A stretch of 64,000 nucleotides of DNA from an uncultured Gemmatimonadales bacterium (GCA_963798845.1 CAWCUS010000006.1:1152001-1216000); one strand, 5' to 3'. Counted from the stretch's first letter, positions 10,010 to 19,849 are shown. A program made the numbers and translations. Notes: generated by a model not told the origin, from the letters alone.

Positions 10010-11058
10010 GCGGCGGCGGGCCGCCCCGGGCTCTCGCCCGCGCGTTCCGCGCGGCTGCGGCCGCGCTCGTGCTGGCGGCTCCGATCCTCGCCGCAGCCAC
10101 GGCCGCCCGCGCCCAGGACCCCATCCCGACCCTCGACCGCGTGGACAGCCTGGTGACCGCCGGCAGCTACTCGCTCGCCCGCGTCACCCTGAACCGTTGG
10201 TGGTCCGCCCGCGACGAGTTCGACGTCCCTGGCTCCGACCGCGCCCGCGGCCTCATGCTCCGCGCCCGCCTGGCGCCCGACCTGAAGTCCGCCGAGTCCG
10301 ACTACCTCGGCGTGGTCCTGGGCTACCCCACTTCCGACTACGCGCCCGAAGCGCTGCTCCGCCTCGGGCAGGGCTTCCTCAACGCCGGGGACGCCACCCG
10401 CGCCGACGGATACCTCCGCCGCCTCGCCGCCGACTACCCCGGCCGGCCCCAGCACACCCCCGGGCTTCTCTGGCTCGCCCGCGCCGAAACCCGCCTCCGC
10501 CGCTTCACCGCCGCCTGCGCTGCCGCACGGGACGGACTCGAGGATGCCCACGACGCTGACCTGAACGCGATGCTCGAGGCCGAGGCGTCCGAGGCGTGCG
10601 CCGCCGCCGCCCGCCCCGAGCCCGCCACCGCCGCGAAGTCCGCGACCAGGCCGGCGACCCAGGCGCAGCCCATCGCGAAAACGGAGCCCAGGACGGAGCC
10701 CAGGACGGAGCCCAGGACGGAGCCCAGGACGGCCGCTGCGGCGCCGAAAGGGAGCGCCCCGGGCAGCGGGCCCGCCAGGACGCCCGGGAAGACCCCTGCG
10801 GCAGCCTCGGCGTCGGGCGCCTTCTCCGCGCAGCTGGGCGCGTACCGGTACCAGAAGAGCGTGGACGCCATGGTGGCGAAGCTGCGTGGGGCCGGCTACG
10901 ATCCGCGCGTCGTGCGCGTTCCCGGCAGCGGGCTGGTTCGCGTCCGGGTGGGACGCTTCACCAGCGCCGATCGGGCCGCGGCCATGGTCGCCGACCTGAA
11001 GCGGCACGGCATCGACGCCGTGGTCGTCGGCGACGCCGCGCAGGAGCAGAAGCCTTGA
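10006..11058 (+). CDS. Secreted TPR plus SPOR-domain protein
   Basis: Signal peptide ending AARA|Q, YAPEALLRLG TPR, low-complexity linker, C-terminal SPOR (FSAQLGAY...VRVRVGRF). Confidence 0.82.
   Translation: MSGGGPPRALARAFRAAAAALVLAAPILAAATAARAQDPIPTLDRVDSLVTAGSYSLARVTLNRWWSARDEFDVPGSDRARGLMLRARLAPDLKSAESDYLGVVLGYPTSDYAPEALLRLGQGFLNAGDATRADGYLRRLAADYPGRPQHTPGLLWLARAETRLRRFTAACAAARDGLEDAHDADLNAMLEAEASEACAAAARPEPATAAKSATRPATQAQPIAKTEPRTEPRTEPRTEPRTAAAAPKGSAPGSGPARTPGKTPAAASASGAFSAQLGAYRYQKSVDAMVAKLRGAGYDPRVVRVPGSGLVRVRVGRFTSADRAAAMVADLKRHGIDAVVVGDAAQEQKP
10681..10728 (+). repeat. Coding 12-bp tandem repeat x4 (TEPR)
   Basis: ACGGAGCCCAGG repeated four times in the SPOR protein linker. Confidence 0.9.
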
Positions 11059-11630
11059 GCACGGACGAACGGCCCCTGATCCTCGTCGCCGAGGACGAGC
11101 CCATCACCAGCATGGCGCTCCGCGAGCAGCTCGAGGCTCTCGACTTCCGCGTCCTCGGGCCAGCCCGCGACGGCGATGACGCCTTCGCCCTCGGCGTATG
11201 CTTCCCCGTCGACCTCGGCCTCTTCGACCTGCGGATGCCCCGCCGGTCCGGCCTCGACGCCGCCCGCGACCTCTTCGACCTCGCCCCCACGCCCGTGGTC
11301 CTCCTCACCGGCTTCGACGCGGCTGACCTCCCGGACGACCTCTCGGCACCCCCCATCTTCGGCCGCGCCGCCAAGCCCATCGGCATGGCCGAGTTGCGGT
11401 CCGCCATCGACGCCGCCTTCGTTCGCTTCCGCGACTGGTGCCTCGCCAACCCGGACGAGGACCGCCGCACCGCCAGCGCTCGCGACGAACGCACCACCAT
11501 TGCCCGGGCCGTGCTCGCCACAGCTGACGGCCGTCTCCTCGCCTCCGTCGCCGCCGATCTCCTCCGGCGAAGCCGCGCCGATCGACGTTCGCTCCTGGAC
11601 ACCGCCCTCGCCTTGCTCGACGAGCGCTGA
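11055..11630 (+). CDS. Response regulator (receiver domain, possible degenerate ANTAR-like tail)
   Basis: TTGA overlap; ILVAEDE, FDLRMP, VVLLTG, KP receiver motifs. Confidence 0.8.
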   Translation: MSTDERPLILVAEDEPITSMALREQLEALDFRVLGPARDGDDAFALGVCFPVDLGLFDLRMPRRSGLDAARDLFDLAPTPVVLLTGFDAADLPDDLSAPPIFGRAAKPIGMAELRSAIDAAFVRFRDWCLANPDEDRRTASARDERTTIARAVLATADGRLLASVAADLLRRSRADRRSLLDTALALLDER

Positions 11631-11631
11631 C

Positions 11632-11945
11632 GTGGACGCCCCCTCTCCCCCCGCCAGGCCTACGCCGATTGGGTCGAGGAGCAGATCGAGGACTGCAAGG
11701 CCGCCCTCACCCGCGACGAGCTCCTCTCCCTCGCCGATTGCGCCGTCGCCGGACTCTTCGCGTCCGACGACGAGCAGTACCCCCTCACCGAGATCCTCCT
11801 CCGCGACGCCGTCGACGCCCTCATCTTCCAGCGCCTCAAGCTCCCCGGCTTCCGCCAGTGGCTGAAAACGTGTCATATAGACACGCCCGACCGTCCCCCT
11901 GAAGGGACAAACGAAGCCGGCGAGCCTGGGAGACAGGCGTCGTAA
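11632..11945 (+). CDS. Hypothetical protein, apparently frameshifted near its start
   Basis: Protein-like frame RQAYADWVEEQIEDCKAALTRDELLSLAD...QYPLTEILLRDAVDALIFQRLKLPGFRQWL ending TAA 11945; joins GTG 11632 only if the C6 run at 11647-11652 is corrected. Confidence 0.65.
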
Positions 11946-12061
11946 GTCCTTCTGCCACAACGCGAAACACGGGTTGCTCCAGAATGGTACGCGCTCTGCC
12001 TTGTATCTGGAGTTGGCGTAGCGTGGGCGTCCGGCGAGAACCTGGGGTGAGGAGTGGGGAA

Positions 12062-12226
12062 GTGACAGAGCCGAAGAGAGCGGAACGTGAGCTGCCGGCG
12101 GGGATCGTGATCCGGGGGACGCCCGAGGCGGAGCAGAAGCCGATGATCAGCGCGTTCATCTGGGGCGGCAAGGTTCGGCCGGAGCCGACGCTGCCGTTCG
12201 GGCGCTGGAAGCCGACGCCGGTCTGA
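12062..12226 (+). CDS. Small hypothetical protein (54 aa)
   Basis: GAGGAG upstream, GTG start, GC3-rich codons, followed by a strong terminator. Confidence 0.55.
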   Translation: MTEPKRAERELPAGIVIRGTPEAEQKPMISAFIWGGKVRPEPTLPFGRWKPTPV

Positions 12227-12250
12227 GCGCGCGAGTGTAGCGAGGGCTCG

Positions 12251-12283
12251 AGCCCGTGGACAATGTGGTCCGCGGGCTTTTTT
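12251..12283 (+). terminator. Intrinsic terminator
   Basis: GCCCGTGGAC-AATGTG-GTCCGCGGGC stem-loop followed by T6. Confidence 0.75.
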
Positions 12284-12300
12284 GCGTCTATGATCGGCGC

Positions 12301-13626
12301 ATGGGGGTGGAGCGAGGGACAGTGGCGGTGGTGGGCGCGGGGCCCGCCGGGCTGGCGGCTGCGTGGCGGCTGTGGTCGGCTGGCCGTCGTGTGCGGGTGT
12401 ACGAGGGCCGCGACCGCGCCGGCGGTCGGCTGCGGACGGAGCACGTTGCGGGCGTGGGGGCGGACCCTGTGGTGCAGCTGCTGTCCGCGGACTACTCGCG
12501 CACGCTCGAGCTGGTGGAAGCGCTCGGGGTGCGGTCGCTCCTGGTGGAGGTGCCCGGGCGTGATGCGCTCTGGCGGGGGGGCCGAGCGCACGCCGTGCGG
12601 TACGGGTCGGCGGCCCGGATGGCGGCGTCGGGTGCGCTTCCGGTGGGGCTGAAGCTGCGGCTCGGGCTTCGCTACCTGCCATTCCTGGAGCGGCACGCGG
12701 CGGCGCTGGACCTGAACGACCTGGCGGGCACGGCGGTTCCGGAGCTGGATGCCGAGAGCATCGCTGCGTGGGGTCGGCGGGAGCTGGGGGACGAGTTCGT
12801 CGAGATCATGGTCTACCCGCTGCTGGCGGCGTACTACGGCGTGACGCCGGAGGAGACCAGCGCGGCGCTGTTCCATGCGCTTGCTCGCGCCGGGCTTGGC
12901 GTGACAGTGCTCGGAATGCTGGGCGGCGCGGGCACGCTGTCGGCGGCGCTGTCGTCGGCGCTGGAGGGGAGGGGTGTGGAACTGGCGGTGAGCCGGCCGG
13001 TGGAGGCGCTGGAGGTGGGCGAGGCAGCCGTGCGGGTCCGGTCTGGCAATGCGTGGGAGCGGCACGACGCGGTGGTGGTGGCGGTCCCGGCGCCCGTGGC
13101 TGCGGGCCTGGTGCCGGAAGTGCCGTGGCTGCGCTCGGTGCGGACCCGGTCCACGGCGACGCTCGTGCTGGCGCTGCGATCGCCGCTTCGGACCGGCTGG
13201 TTCGGGCTGTCGATCCCGCGGTTGGAGCCGCCGGGCCGGACGCTTGCGGCGGTGTGCGTGCAGGCAGAGAAGGAGACCGGGGTGGTGGGCGGCGAAGGCG
13301 GGAGCGTGGTGCTGGTCCCGTCGCCCGACGAGGGGGAGCGCTGGATGGAGATGGATGCGGGAGCGATCGCGGATGCCGGGGCGCACGCCCTGGACCAGGT
13401 GCTCCCCGGGGTGCGCCGGGAGGTCGTGGAGGCGCGGGTGGTGCGGCTCCCGGCGGCCACGTTCGTCCCCTCGCCCGGCCACTTCCGGCGGCTGAAGGCG
13501 GACGATCCGGCGACCTGGCCGGCGCGGCTGGCGCTGGCGGGCGACTACCTGGCCTCGCCCACCGTCGAGGGCGCCGTCCGCTCGGGTCTCGCCGCCGCGG
13601 ACCGGATCATTCGCGCGGGATGGTGA
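12301..13626 (+). CDS. FAD-dependent oxidoreductase (protoporphyrinogen/amine oxidase family)
   Basis: VAVVGAGPAGLAAA, E..DRAGGRLRT, C-terminal LALAGDYL...EGAVRSGLAAA. Confidence 0.85.
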   Translation: MGVERGTVAVVGAGPAGLAAAWRLWSAGRRVRVYEGRDRAGGRLRTEHVAGVGADPVVQLLSADYSRTLELVEALGVRSLLVEVPGRDALWRGGRAHAVRYGSAARMAASGALPVGLKLRLGLRYLPFLERHAAALDLNDLAGTAVPELDAESIAAWGRRELGDEFVEIMVYPLLAAYYGVTPEETSAALFHALARAGLGVTVLGMLGGAGTLSAALSSALEGRGVELAVSRPVEALEVGEAAVRVRSGNAWERHDAVVVAVPAPVAAGLVPEVPWLRSVRTRSTATLVLALRSPLRTGWFGLSIPRLEPPGRTLAAVCVQAEKETGVVGGEGGSVVLVPSPDEGERWMEMDAGAIADAGAHALDQVLPGVRREVVEARVVRLPAATFVPSPGHFRRLKADDPATWPARLALAGDYLASPTVEGAVRSGLAAADRIIRAGW

Positions 13627-14791
13627 TCGTGCGGGCCTGCCCGTGCCGGATGACGCGCAGGGTCATCGTCCCGGCCTCGTCCGAGGAGAGCACCCACCGC
13701 AGCCCGTCGACGGACCCCACGTTCTTTCCGTCGGCCTCCGTGATGACATCGCCGGGCCGGAGACCGGCGGCGTGGGCCGGGCTTCCCGGCGCGACGCGCA
13801 GCACCAGCAGGCCTCCGCTCGCGCCGGGGAAGTAGTCGGCAAGCTCCGGTTCGAGCGCGCTCAGCTCCGCTCCGGCCACGGCCCTCATGCCCGTGGCGAG
13901 GTGCTCTTCCACGGAGAACACGAACGTGTGCGGGCGGGCGGCCGCCTCCGGGTCGGGCGCTGCGGGCGCCGGCCGCGGCAGATAGCGGAGGACGGCGCCC
14001 GGTGCGGGCGGGGCGGCGCCGGGCTCCAGGGCGCGGCGTGCCCACTCGACGCGGATGCTCTCCGCGCGGGCGTGGATGGCAGCGGGTGGCGACGCGAGCA
14101 GGGGCATGGCCGCGGCCCGCAGGCGTTCGGAGCGCGCGCACTGCACCAGGTTCACCACCCGGTCGTCCAGCGGACTGAGCGACCAGGACGAAAGTCGCCG
14201 GAACTCGGTCCGTCCGTTGCCGTACGCCACCCAGTAGCCGGCCGGCAGCGGGCCGTTCCAGCTGCGCTCCGGCTCCAGGTTGGTTGCCACCAGCGAATCG
14301 CCGTGCAGCTCGATCAGGGGCGCCCCGCGATCGGCGGGGAGCGTCGGGGACGGCGCGACCACGATGTGCTCGGGCCGCCGGTCCGCGACCGCGGTCACCT
14401 CCCGAAGGGCGCCGCGGCGCAGGAAGCGGAGTCGGACGGAGTCGCCCGCGACGAGGCCGCCCATCATGCGCGGGAGGTCGAAAGCCCCGAGAGGGTGACC
14501 GTCCAGCTGGACAATGGCGTCGCCGGAGCGCAGACCGGCCCGCTCGGCGGGCGAGCCGTGGACGACGGAGGCGACCACCACCTGGGGGCGGCATTCGTCG
14601 CCGTGCTCGACCCATCGGACCTCGTAGCCGACCCCCAGCCACGCCGGGCGCCGGGCTTCGGGCGCCGTCTGCCACACCTGCGCTCCCGCCTGGAGGGGCG
14701 CGAGCGCGAGCAGCGCCATTCCGGCCGCCACCACCGTGGCCACCGAAAACCCACGGCGAGGTGGCACCGGCCCGTCCGTCGCCGCGCGCAT
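13607..14791 (-). CDS. Secreted protein with two PDZ domains
   Basis: Signal peptide ending QAGA|Q; WLGV...GSPAERAGLRSGD and GSPAHAAGLRPGDVI PDZ motifs; no trypsin GNSGG motif seen. Confidence 0.8.
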   Translation of the reverse strand: MRAATDGPVPPRRGFSVATVVAAGMALLALAPLQAGAQVWQTAPEARRPAWLGVGYEVRWVEHGDECRPQVVVASVVHGSPAERAGLRSGDAIVQLDGHPLGAFDLPRMMGGLVAGDSVRLRFLRRGALREVTAVADRRPEHIVVAPSPTLPADRGAPLIELHGDSLVATNLEPERSWNGPLPAGYWVAYGNGRTEFRRLSSWSLSPLDDRVVNLVQCARSERLRAAAMPLLASPPAAIHARAESIRVEWARRALEPGAAPPAPGAVLRYLPRPAPAAPDPEAAARPHTFVFSVEEHLATGMRAVAGAELSALEPELADYFPGASGGLLVLRVAPGSPAHAAGLRPGDVITEADGKNVGSVDGLRWVLSSDEAGTMTLRVIRHGQARTITIPRE

Positions 14792-15513
14792 CAGAACACC
14801 GGCTCCCCGGCCGAGATCTGGCGGAGCACCGCGTCCCGCTGGGCGACGGCCGTGAGATAGTACCCGTTGATCACCGGGTCGGCGGGCGCGGCCTTGAGGG
14901 CTTCCGCCGTGGTGAGCACGATGTTGTCCAGCGCGGCCAGGCGGGCCGCAGGGTCAGCCGCGGTCGTGGAGTTCTGCCCCATGTAGCGGTTCAGCGCCGC
15001 GCGGAACGCCTGCTCCGCCTGCTCCACATCGTCGGCCGCGTCGCCGGAGGCGGCGTCCGCCAGCGTCGTGACCCGCGGCGATGCGGCTTCCTGCCCGTCC
15101 GCCGCGAACGTCCGGCCGTCCGCGGGCGATGAGGCGCCGTCCGCTCGGCCGTCGGCGACCATCGCCGATGAAGGCGCCGCTCGGGGCCCCGCCGGTAGCC
15201 CGTGGGCGACCCATCCCGCGCCGGCGCCGCCGACGAACAGCGCCGCAGCCGCGGCGGCGCGGGTCAGGGCGGGCGAGCGCCACCACCGGCCCGGCGAGCG
15301 GGCCAGCCCTTCCGCCCGCAGCCGCTGCCGGATCGTTGCCCACTGGTCCGGGGCCGGCATCATGTTGGGCAAGGCCGCGAGCATCTCCCGCTGCTGCCGG
15401 AGCGCCTCCATCTCCCGTCTGCAGCCGGGGCAGGCGGTGAGGTGGCTCTCTTCCTCGCCGCTGGCGGGCTCGTCCACGAGCCGGGCCAGCGTCTCAGGCG
15501 TCAGATGCGACAT
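14791..15513 (-). CDS. zf-HC2 anti-sigma factor
   Basis: MSHLTPETL...HLTACPGC (HxxxCxxC) then a TM helix; overlaps the ECF sigma 3' end. Confidence 0.8.
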   Translation of the reverse strand: MSHLTPETLARLVDEPASGEEESHLTACPGCRREMEALRQQREMLAALPNMMPAPDQWATIRQRLRAEGLARSPGRWWRSPALTRAAAAAALFVGGAGAGWVAHGLPAGPRAAPSSAMVADGRADGASSPADGRTFAADGQEAASPRVTTLADAASGDAADDVEQAEQAFRAALNRYMGQNSTTAADPAARLAALDNIVLTTAEALKAAPADPVINGYYLTAVAQRDAVLRQISAGEPVF

Positions 15514-16051
15514 AGGTCCCGCTCTCTGCTTCATCGTCGACTCCACGGAGCATGTCCCGCATCTTCGCCCGGCCCTTGAACAGCTGGCTCTTCGATGTGC
15601 CGGGGTTGATCCCGAGCATGTCTCCGATCTCCTCGTGCGTGAATCCTTCAACGTCGTGCAGCACCATCACCCGGCGCATCCCCTCCGGCAGCTGCTCCAG
15701 GGCCCGCTCCAGCGTGATCCGGAGCACCGTCGGATCCGACGTGTCTCCGGGCAGCGACGCCGGCAGGTCGCTCTCGCGGTTATCGTGGCGGCCCCGTTGC
15801 CGCCTCCCCTGCAGCGCACTGTTCACGGCCACCCGGTGCAGCCAGGTGGAGAACGCCGAATCGCCACGGAACTTCGGCAGCGCTCGAAAGGCCCGGATCC
15901 AGGCTTCCTGCGCCCAGTCGTCCGCCAGCGAGTCGTCGCCTGCCAGCCGCCGCACCACGGCGTACACCCGCGGCGCATGGCGCCGGTAGAGCGCCTGCAT
16001 CGCCGGCTCGTCGCCGTGCCTCGCCCTCTGGATCAGCTCGTTGTCGGTCAT
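15494..16051 (-). CDS. ECF sigma-70 factor
   Basis: ADDWAQEAWIRAF, FSTWLHRVAVN, HEEIGDMLGINPGTSKSQLFKGR. Confidence 0.92.
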   Translation of the reverse strand: MTDNELIQRARHGDEPAMQALYRRHAPRVYAVVRRLAGDDSLADDWAQEAWIRAFRALPKFRGDSAFSTWLHRVAVNSALQGRRQRGRHDNRESDLPASLPGDTSDPTVLRITLERALEQLPEGMRRVMVLHDVEGFTHEEIGDMLGINPGTSKSQLFKGRAKMRDMLRGVDDEAESGTYVASDA

Positions 16052-16248
16052 TGCGGCCGGTTGTGTTTCGACTGCCGCTCCGTTCTTTCGGATGCGGTCA
16101 GCCGCGGAAACGGTTGCTCGGGGCGCGTCGCGCGGCATCCGACGCCACCGGACTCCGCCATGCTCGCGGCCCGGAGCCCCGTGGCACCGCCTTTGCCCCT
16201 TCGGCTCCCGGGAACGTACAACACCACACAACAGGAAGTTGCACGCGC

Positions 16249-16536
16249 ATGCCAGAGCAGCACGAGAAGTGGCGTCGGATCCAGGAGGATGGTGCGGAGT
16301 GGGAGGCGAGGACGGTGCCGGGTCCGCGGCAGATGGAGCCGGGGCTCGAGGGCGACGAGGAGATTCTCGAGTTCGTGTGTCTGGACGGCACGCGGAAGGC
16401 GCGGCGCCTGGCGGTGGGCGCCGGCACGCTGGACAGCATGGACCGTGAGGCGCTGCACCGGGCCTACCGTCGCGCTCGCCCCATCGCCGGGGACCACTAC
16501 GGGAGGCCCGGCAAGCCGGCCAGCGACGCGACCTGA
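16249..16536 (+). CDS. Small hypothetical protein
   Basis: 95-aa ORF with GC3-rich codons, divergent from the ECF gene. Confidence 0.6.
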   Translation: MPEQHEKWRRIQEDGAEWEARTVPGPRQMEPGLEGDEEILEFVCLDGTRKARRLAVGAGTLDSMDREALHRAYRRARPIAGDHYGRPGKPASDAT

Positions 16537-16579
16537 GCGTATCTGGCACGACGCAGCGCGCCCGCTACATTGACGGGCC

Positions 16580-17758
16580 ATGAACACCATCACATTGATC
16601 GGTCCATCGGGCGTGGCCCACCTCGAGTGCGGCCAATGCGGCGCCGTGTACGCGGACACTGAACAGCCCTGGCGCACTTCCCCCTGCTGCGGGAAGCCGC
16701 TGCTCGCCCGATACGACCTCGCTCCGCTGCGTGGGCGGCTCACCCCGGCCACCCTTCTGGGCCGCGCGCCCGACATGTGGCGCTACGCGGAAGTGCTCCC
16801 CGTTCGCGACCCGGAGTACCGGCTCACCCTCGGCGAAGGATTCACGCCGCTGCTCGACGCTCCGCGGGTGGCCGACGCCCTCGGCATCGATCGTCTCTGG
16901 CTGAAGGACGAGGGGCAGAACCCGACCGGCAGCTTCAAGGCCCGCGGGCTGGCCATGGCCGTGGCCCGGGCGAAGGAGCTCGGCGTCGAGGCCGTGGCGA
17001 TCCCCTCCGCCGGCAACGCAGGCTCCGCGGCGGCGGCGTACGCGGCGGCCGCGGGGCTCCCGGCGCACGTGGCCGTGCCCTCGGACACGCCGCGTCCGAT
17101 CCTCGAGGAGATCCGCGCGCTGGGCGCCGACCTCCAGCTCGTGGACGGCCTGATCACCGATGCTGCCCGCCTGATCGCGCAGGGCGTGGAGCGGCACGGC
17201 TGGTTCGACCTCTCCACGCTGAAGGAGCCGTACCGGCTGGAGGGCAAGAAGACCATGGGCTACGAGCTCGTGGAGCAGCTCGGACGCATTCCGGACGTCA
17301 TCATCTATCCCACCGGAGGGGGCACCGGCCTGGTCGGGATGTGGAAGGCGTTCGACGAGATGGAGGAGCTGGGCTGGATCGGCTCGGAGCGCCCGCGCAT
17401 GATCTCGGTGCAGGGCGCCGGCTGCGCCCCCATCGTGCGGGCGTGGGACGAGGGCGCGGAGAGCGCGAGGCCGTGGGAGAACGCGGAGACCTGTGCCAAT
17501 GGTCTGCGCGTTCCCAGCGCCATCGGTGACTTCCTGATCCTGGACGCCGTGCGCAGCTCGGGCGGCGCGGCCATCGCCGTTGCGGATGACGAGATGCTGG
17601 ACATGGTGCGACTGATCGGCCGCAGCACGGGGGTATTCGCCGCCCCCGAAGGCGGCGCCACGGCGGCGGCCATCCCGCACCTCCTGGAGCGCGGGCTGAT
17701 GCACCGCGGTGAGGAAGTGGTCCTCTTCATCACCGGCAGCGGCCTCAAGTACACCTGA
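16580..17758 (+). CDS. thrC: Threonine synthase
   Basis: TLGEGFTPL, KDEGQNPTGSFKARG (PLP lysine), SAGNAG, YRLEGKKTMGYE, ITGSGLKY. Confidence 0.93.
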   Translation: MNTITLIGPSGVAHLECGQCGAVYADTEQPWRTSPCCGKPLLARYDLAPLRGRLTPATLLGRAPDMWRYAEVLPVRDPEYRLTLGEGFTPLLDAPRVADALGIDRLWLKDEGQNPTGSFKARGLAMAVARAKELGVEAVAIPSAGNAGSAAAAYAAAAGLPAHVAVPSDTPRPILEEIRALGADLQLVDGLITDAARLIAQGVERHGWFDLSTLKEPYRLEGKKTMGYELVEQLGRIPDVIIYPTGGGTGLVGMWKAFDEMEELGWIGSERPRMISVQGAGCAPIVRAWDEGAESARPWENAETCANGLRVPSAIGDFLILDAVRSSGGAAIAVADDEMLDMVRLIGRSTGVFAAPEGGATAAAIPHLLERGLMHRGEEVVLFITGSGLKYT

Positions 17759-18953
17759 TGGCGGTCGGCCATTACGTCCGTCGGCTCATGCCCCAGCTCG
17801 ACGCGCGCTGGGTCATCGCCATCGCCGTGGTGGTCGGCGCAGTGGTGGGGCTGCGCAGCCTGGGCGGGGAAGGGCCGGCTCCGCCCCTCGACCTGCTCGC
17901 CCTCGACGCGAGCGGCAACTTCGGCGACACCGTCGCCATCCCGGGGACCTGGGCGGACACCGGCAGCGCCGCCCACGACATCGCCGTGCGCTTTCCCCTC
18001 ATCCTCGGAATCCGCAACGAGGGAGACGACAGCGTCACTCCCGGCCGGCTCGATCTGAGCCTCCCCCTCCGCTACCGCCTGGCCGTGTCCGGGGGCGCGC
18101 CGCTCACAGCCGAGGCCGATCCCGGCTCGCCGCTGGTCACGTATCGGCTCCGGCCCCGGATCGGCGCCGTGCCGCCCCACCGCATGCCCGCCCTCATCCC
18201 CGACACGCTCTGGCTCGAGGTGCTCATGCCCGCGTTCTACTGCGTGGCCGTGGCGGACTCCATCCCGGCTTTCGTCCCCGCTCCCCCCCGGCGCTGCCCG
18301 CCCTGGCCAACGTCCTGATCTTCTACGCCTTCAGCGGCGGCGACCTGCGCGCGCGCCGCACCGGGGTGCTGTCGGTGCGTCTGGACAGCTCGGCGCTGCG
18401 TCCGCCTTCGGCGCCCCAGCCGCCGTCGTACCCGGTGGAGACCGGTGCCGCCGCGCACCCGCCGCTCGGGGCGCTCACGTACGTCGGGAGCCGTCGCGCG
18501 CTCTGCGGCGCGCCCGAAGACCCGATGGAGCTGCTGAGCAGCGTGTGGGCGACAGAGGACGGGGGTCGCTTCTACACGCTCGACTACGGCGGCCGCGTTC
18601 GCAAGCGCCTCTACGACCTGGACGGAGACGGCGTCATCGAGCGCGAAAGCTGGGATCCCGACGGCGACGGGCGCTTCGACACCACCCGCCGCACCCGACT
18701 CCCGGTCCCGGGCTTCCTGGTCCCGGTGCCCGCCGAGCCCACGCCCCCGGACACGCTGGCCGGGGACTCCGCTCCGGCGCCCGCCCCGGCGCCAGCGCTG
18801 GGGCTCGAAAGCGCGAGTCGGCCGGACAGCACGGCGCGGCCCGACAGCTCGAGCCTCATCCGCCGGCCGGAGGGCGCGGCGCGGTCCGACAGCACGCGTC
18901 CGGTGCCGCGGCCGGACACGCTGCCGCCCGACACCGGCGGCGTCGGAACGTAG
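17758..18953 (+). CDS. Membrane-anchored hypothetical protein, frameshifted at a C7 run
   Basis: ORF 17758-18318 continues as ...PALPALANVLIFYAF... in the 17709-18953 frame if one C is added at 18283-18289; DLDGDG/DPDGDG motifs near the C-terminus. Confidence 0.7.
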
Positions 18954-18992
18954 TTTGCCCCCCGGTATGGCGGACCCCAGACCGAGGGAAGC

Positions 18993-19391
18993 ATGAACGA
19001 CAAGGAACGCGATACGATCCGGGACCGCCTCCTGGAGGAGCGTGAGGAGCGGCTGGCGCTGCTGGCCGAGATGGACGAGCGCTTCAAGGAGGGGCTGGAG
19101 ACAGGCGACGACGACCTGAGCCACTACCCGCTCCACATGGCGGACGAGGGCACCGACACCATGGACCAGGAGAAGGAGTTTCTCCTCGCCAGCCAGGAAG
19201 GGCGCCAGCTGATCGCCATCGACGATTCGCTCCGCCGCCTCTACAAGGACCCCGAGTCCTTCGGCACGTGCGAGGAGTGCGGCGGAGAGATCTCCATGGA
19301 ACGCCTGGACATCGTGCCATGGGCCCGGCTGTGCATCGAGTGCAAGCGCCGCGCGGAGCAGGAAGGCGGCGAGGCGTCCGGCGCCCGGTGA
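18993..19391 (+). CDS. TraR/DksA C4-type zinc-finger protein
   Basis: Coiled coil with HMADEGTD, then FGTCEECG...ERLDIVPWARLCIEC. Confidence 0.9.
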   Translation: MNDKERDTIRDRLLEEREERLALLAEMDERFKEGLETGDDDLSHYPLHMADEGTDTMDQEKEFLLASQEGRQLIAIDDSLRRLYKDPESFGTCEECGGEISMERLDIVPWARLCIECKRRAEQEGGEASGAR

Positions 19392-19615
19392 CCTGGCTGT
19401 TCGCTGCCGGCGCCCTGATCGTGGCCGCCGCCTGGTGGACCGGGCGACGTCGGCTGGCCCGGTTTCGGGGACACGGCCGCCTCACCGACGACACGATCCG
19501 TCGCATCGAGGCCACCGGGCGCATCGAGGCGGACGAGCCGCTCGACCTCGAGGAAGCCGCCGAGGAGGAAGAGCGGTTCTGGGAGGAGAGCTGGGACGAG
19601 CCTGAGCCGTGGTAG
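19388..19615 (+). CDS. Small single-TM hypothetical protein
   Basis: GTGA overlap; N-terminal TM helix, acidic tail (EEEERFWEESWDEPEPW). Confidence 0.65.
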   Translation: MTWLFAAGALIVAAAWWTGRRRLARFRGHGRLTDDTIRRIEATGRIEADEPLDLEEAAEEEERFWEESWDEPEPW

Positions 19616-19849
19616 CGGGATGAGCGCTGCGATCACGTCCCTCCATCACCCGGGAGGCGTCGGGGCCGCGTCCGCGCACCGAACGCTCGCTGCGCTCGCT
19701 GTCGAAGCGGCGCTGGCGCGCCGCTCGCCGGAGGCGGATTCGAACCATGGCGGGCCTCTGGCCGCCGTGGCCGCGCGCTGCCCGGATTCGAAACCCCGAT
19801 CGATCCTCGGCCCGTTGTGACCGCTCCCACTCCAGCCTACCTTCGCTCC

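Noticed and set aside
11628..11630. Selenocysteine or readthrough fusion of the response regulator with the next frame
   Set aside because: No Cys-equivalent context or evident SECIS; a nearby GTG plus a C-run indel is simpler.
19736..19795. tRNA gene (GGTTCGAATCC on the minus strand)
   Set aside because: No acceptor stem, D-arm or anticodon arm can be built; the motif belongs to the local repeat family.
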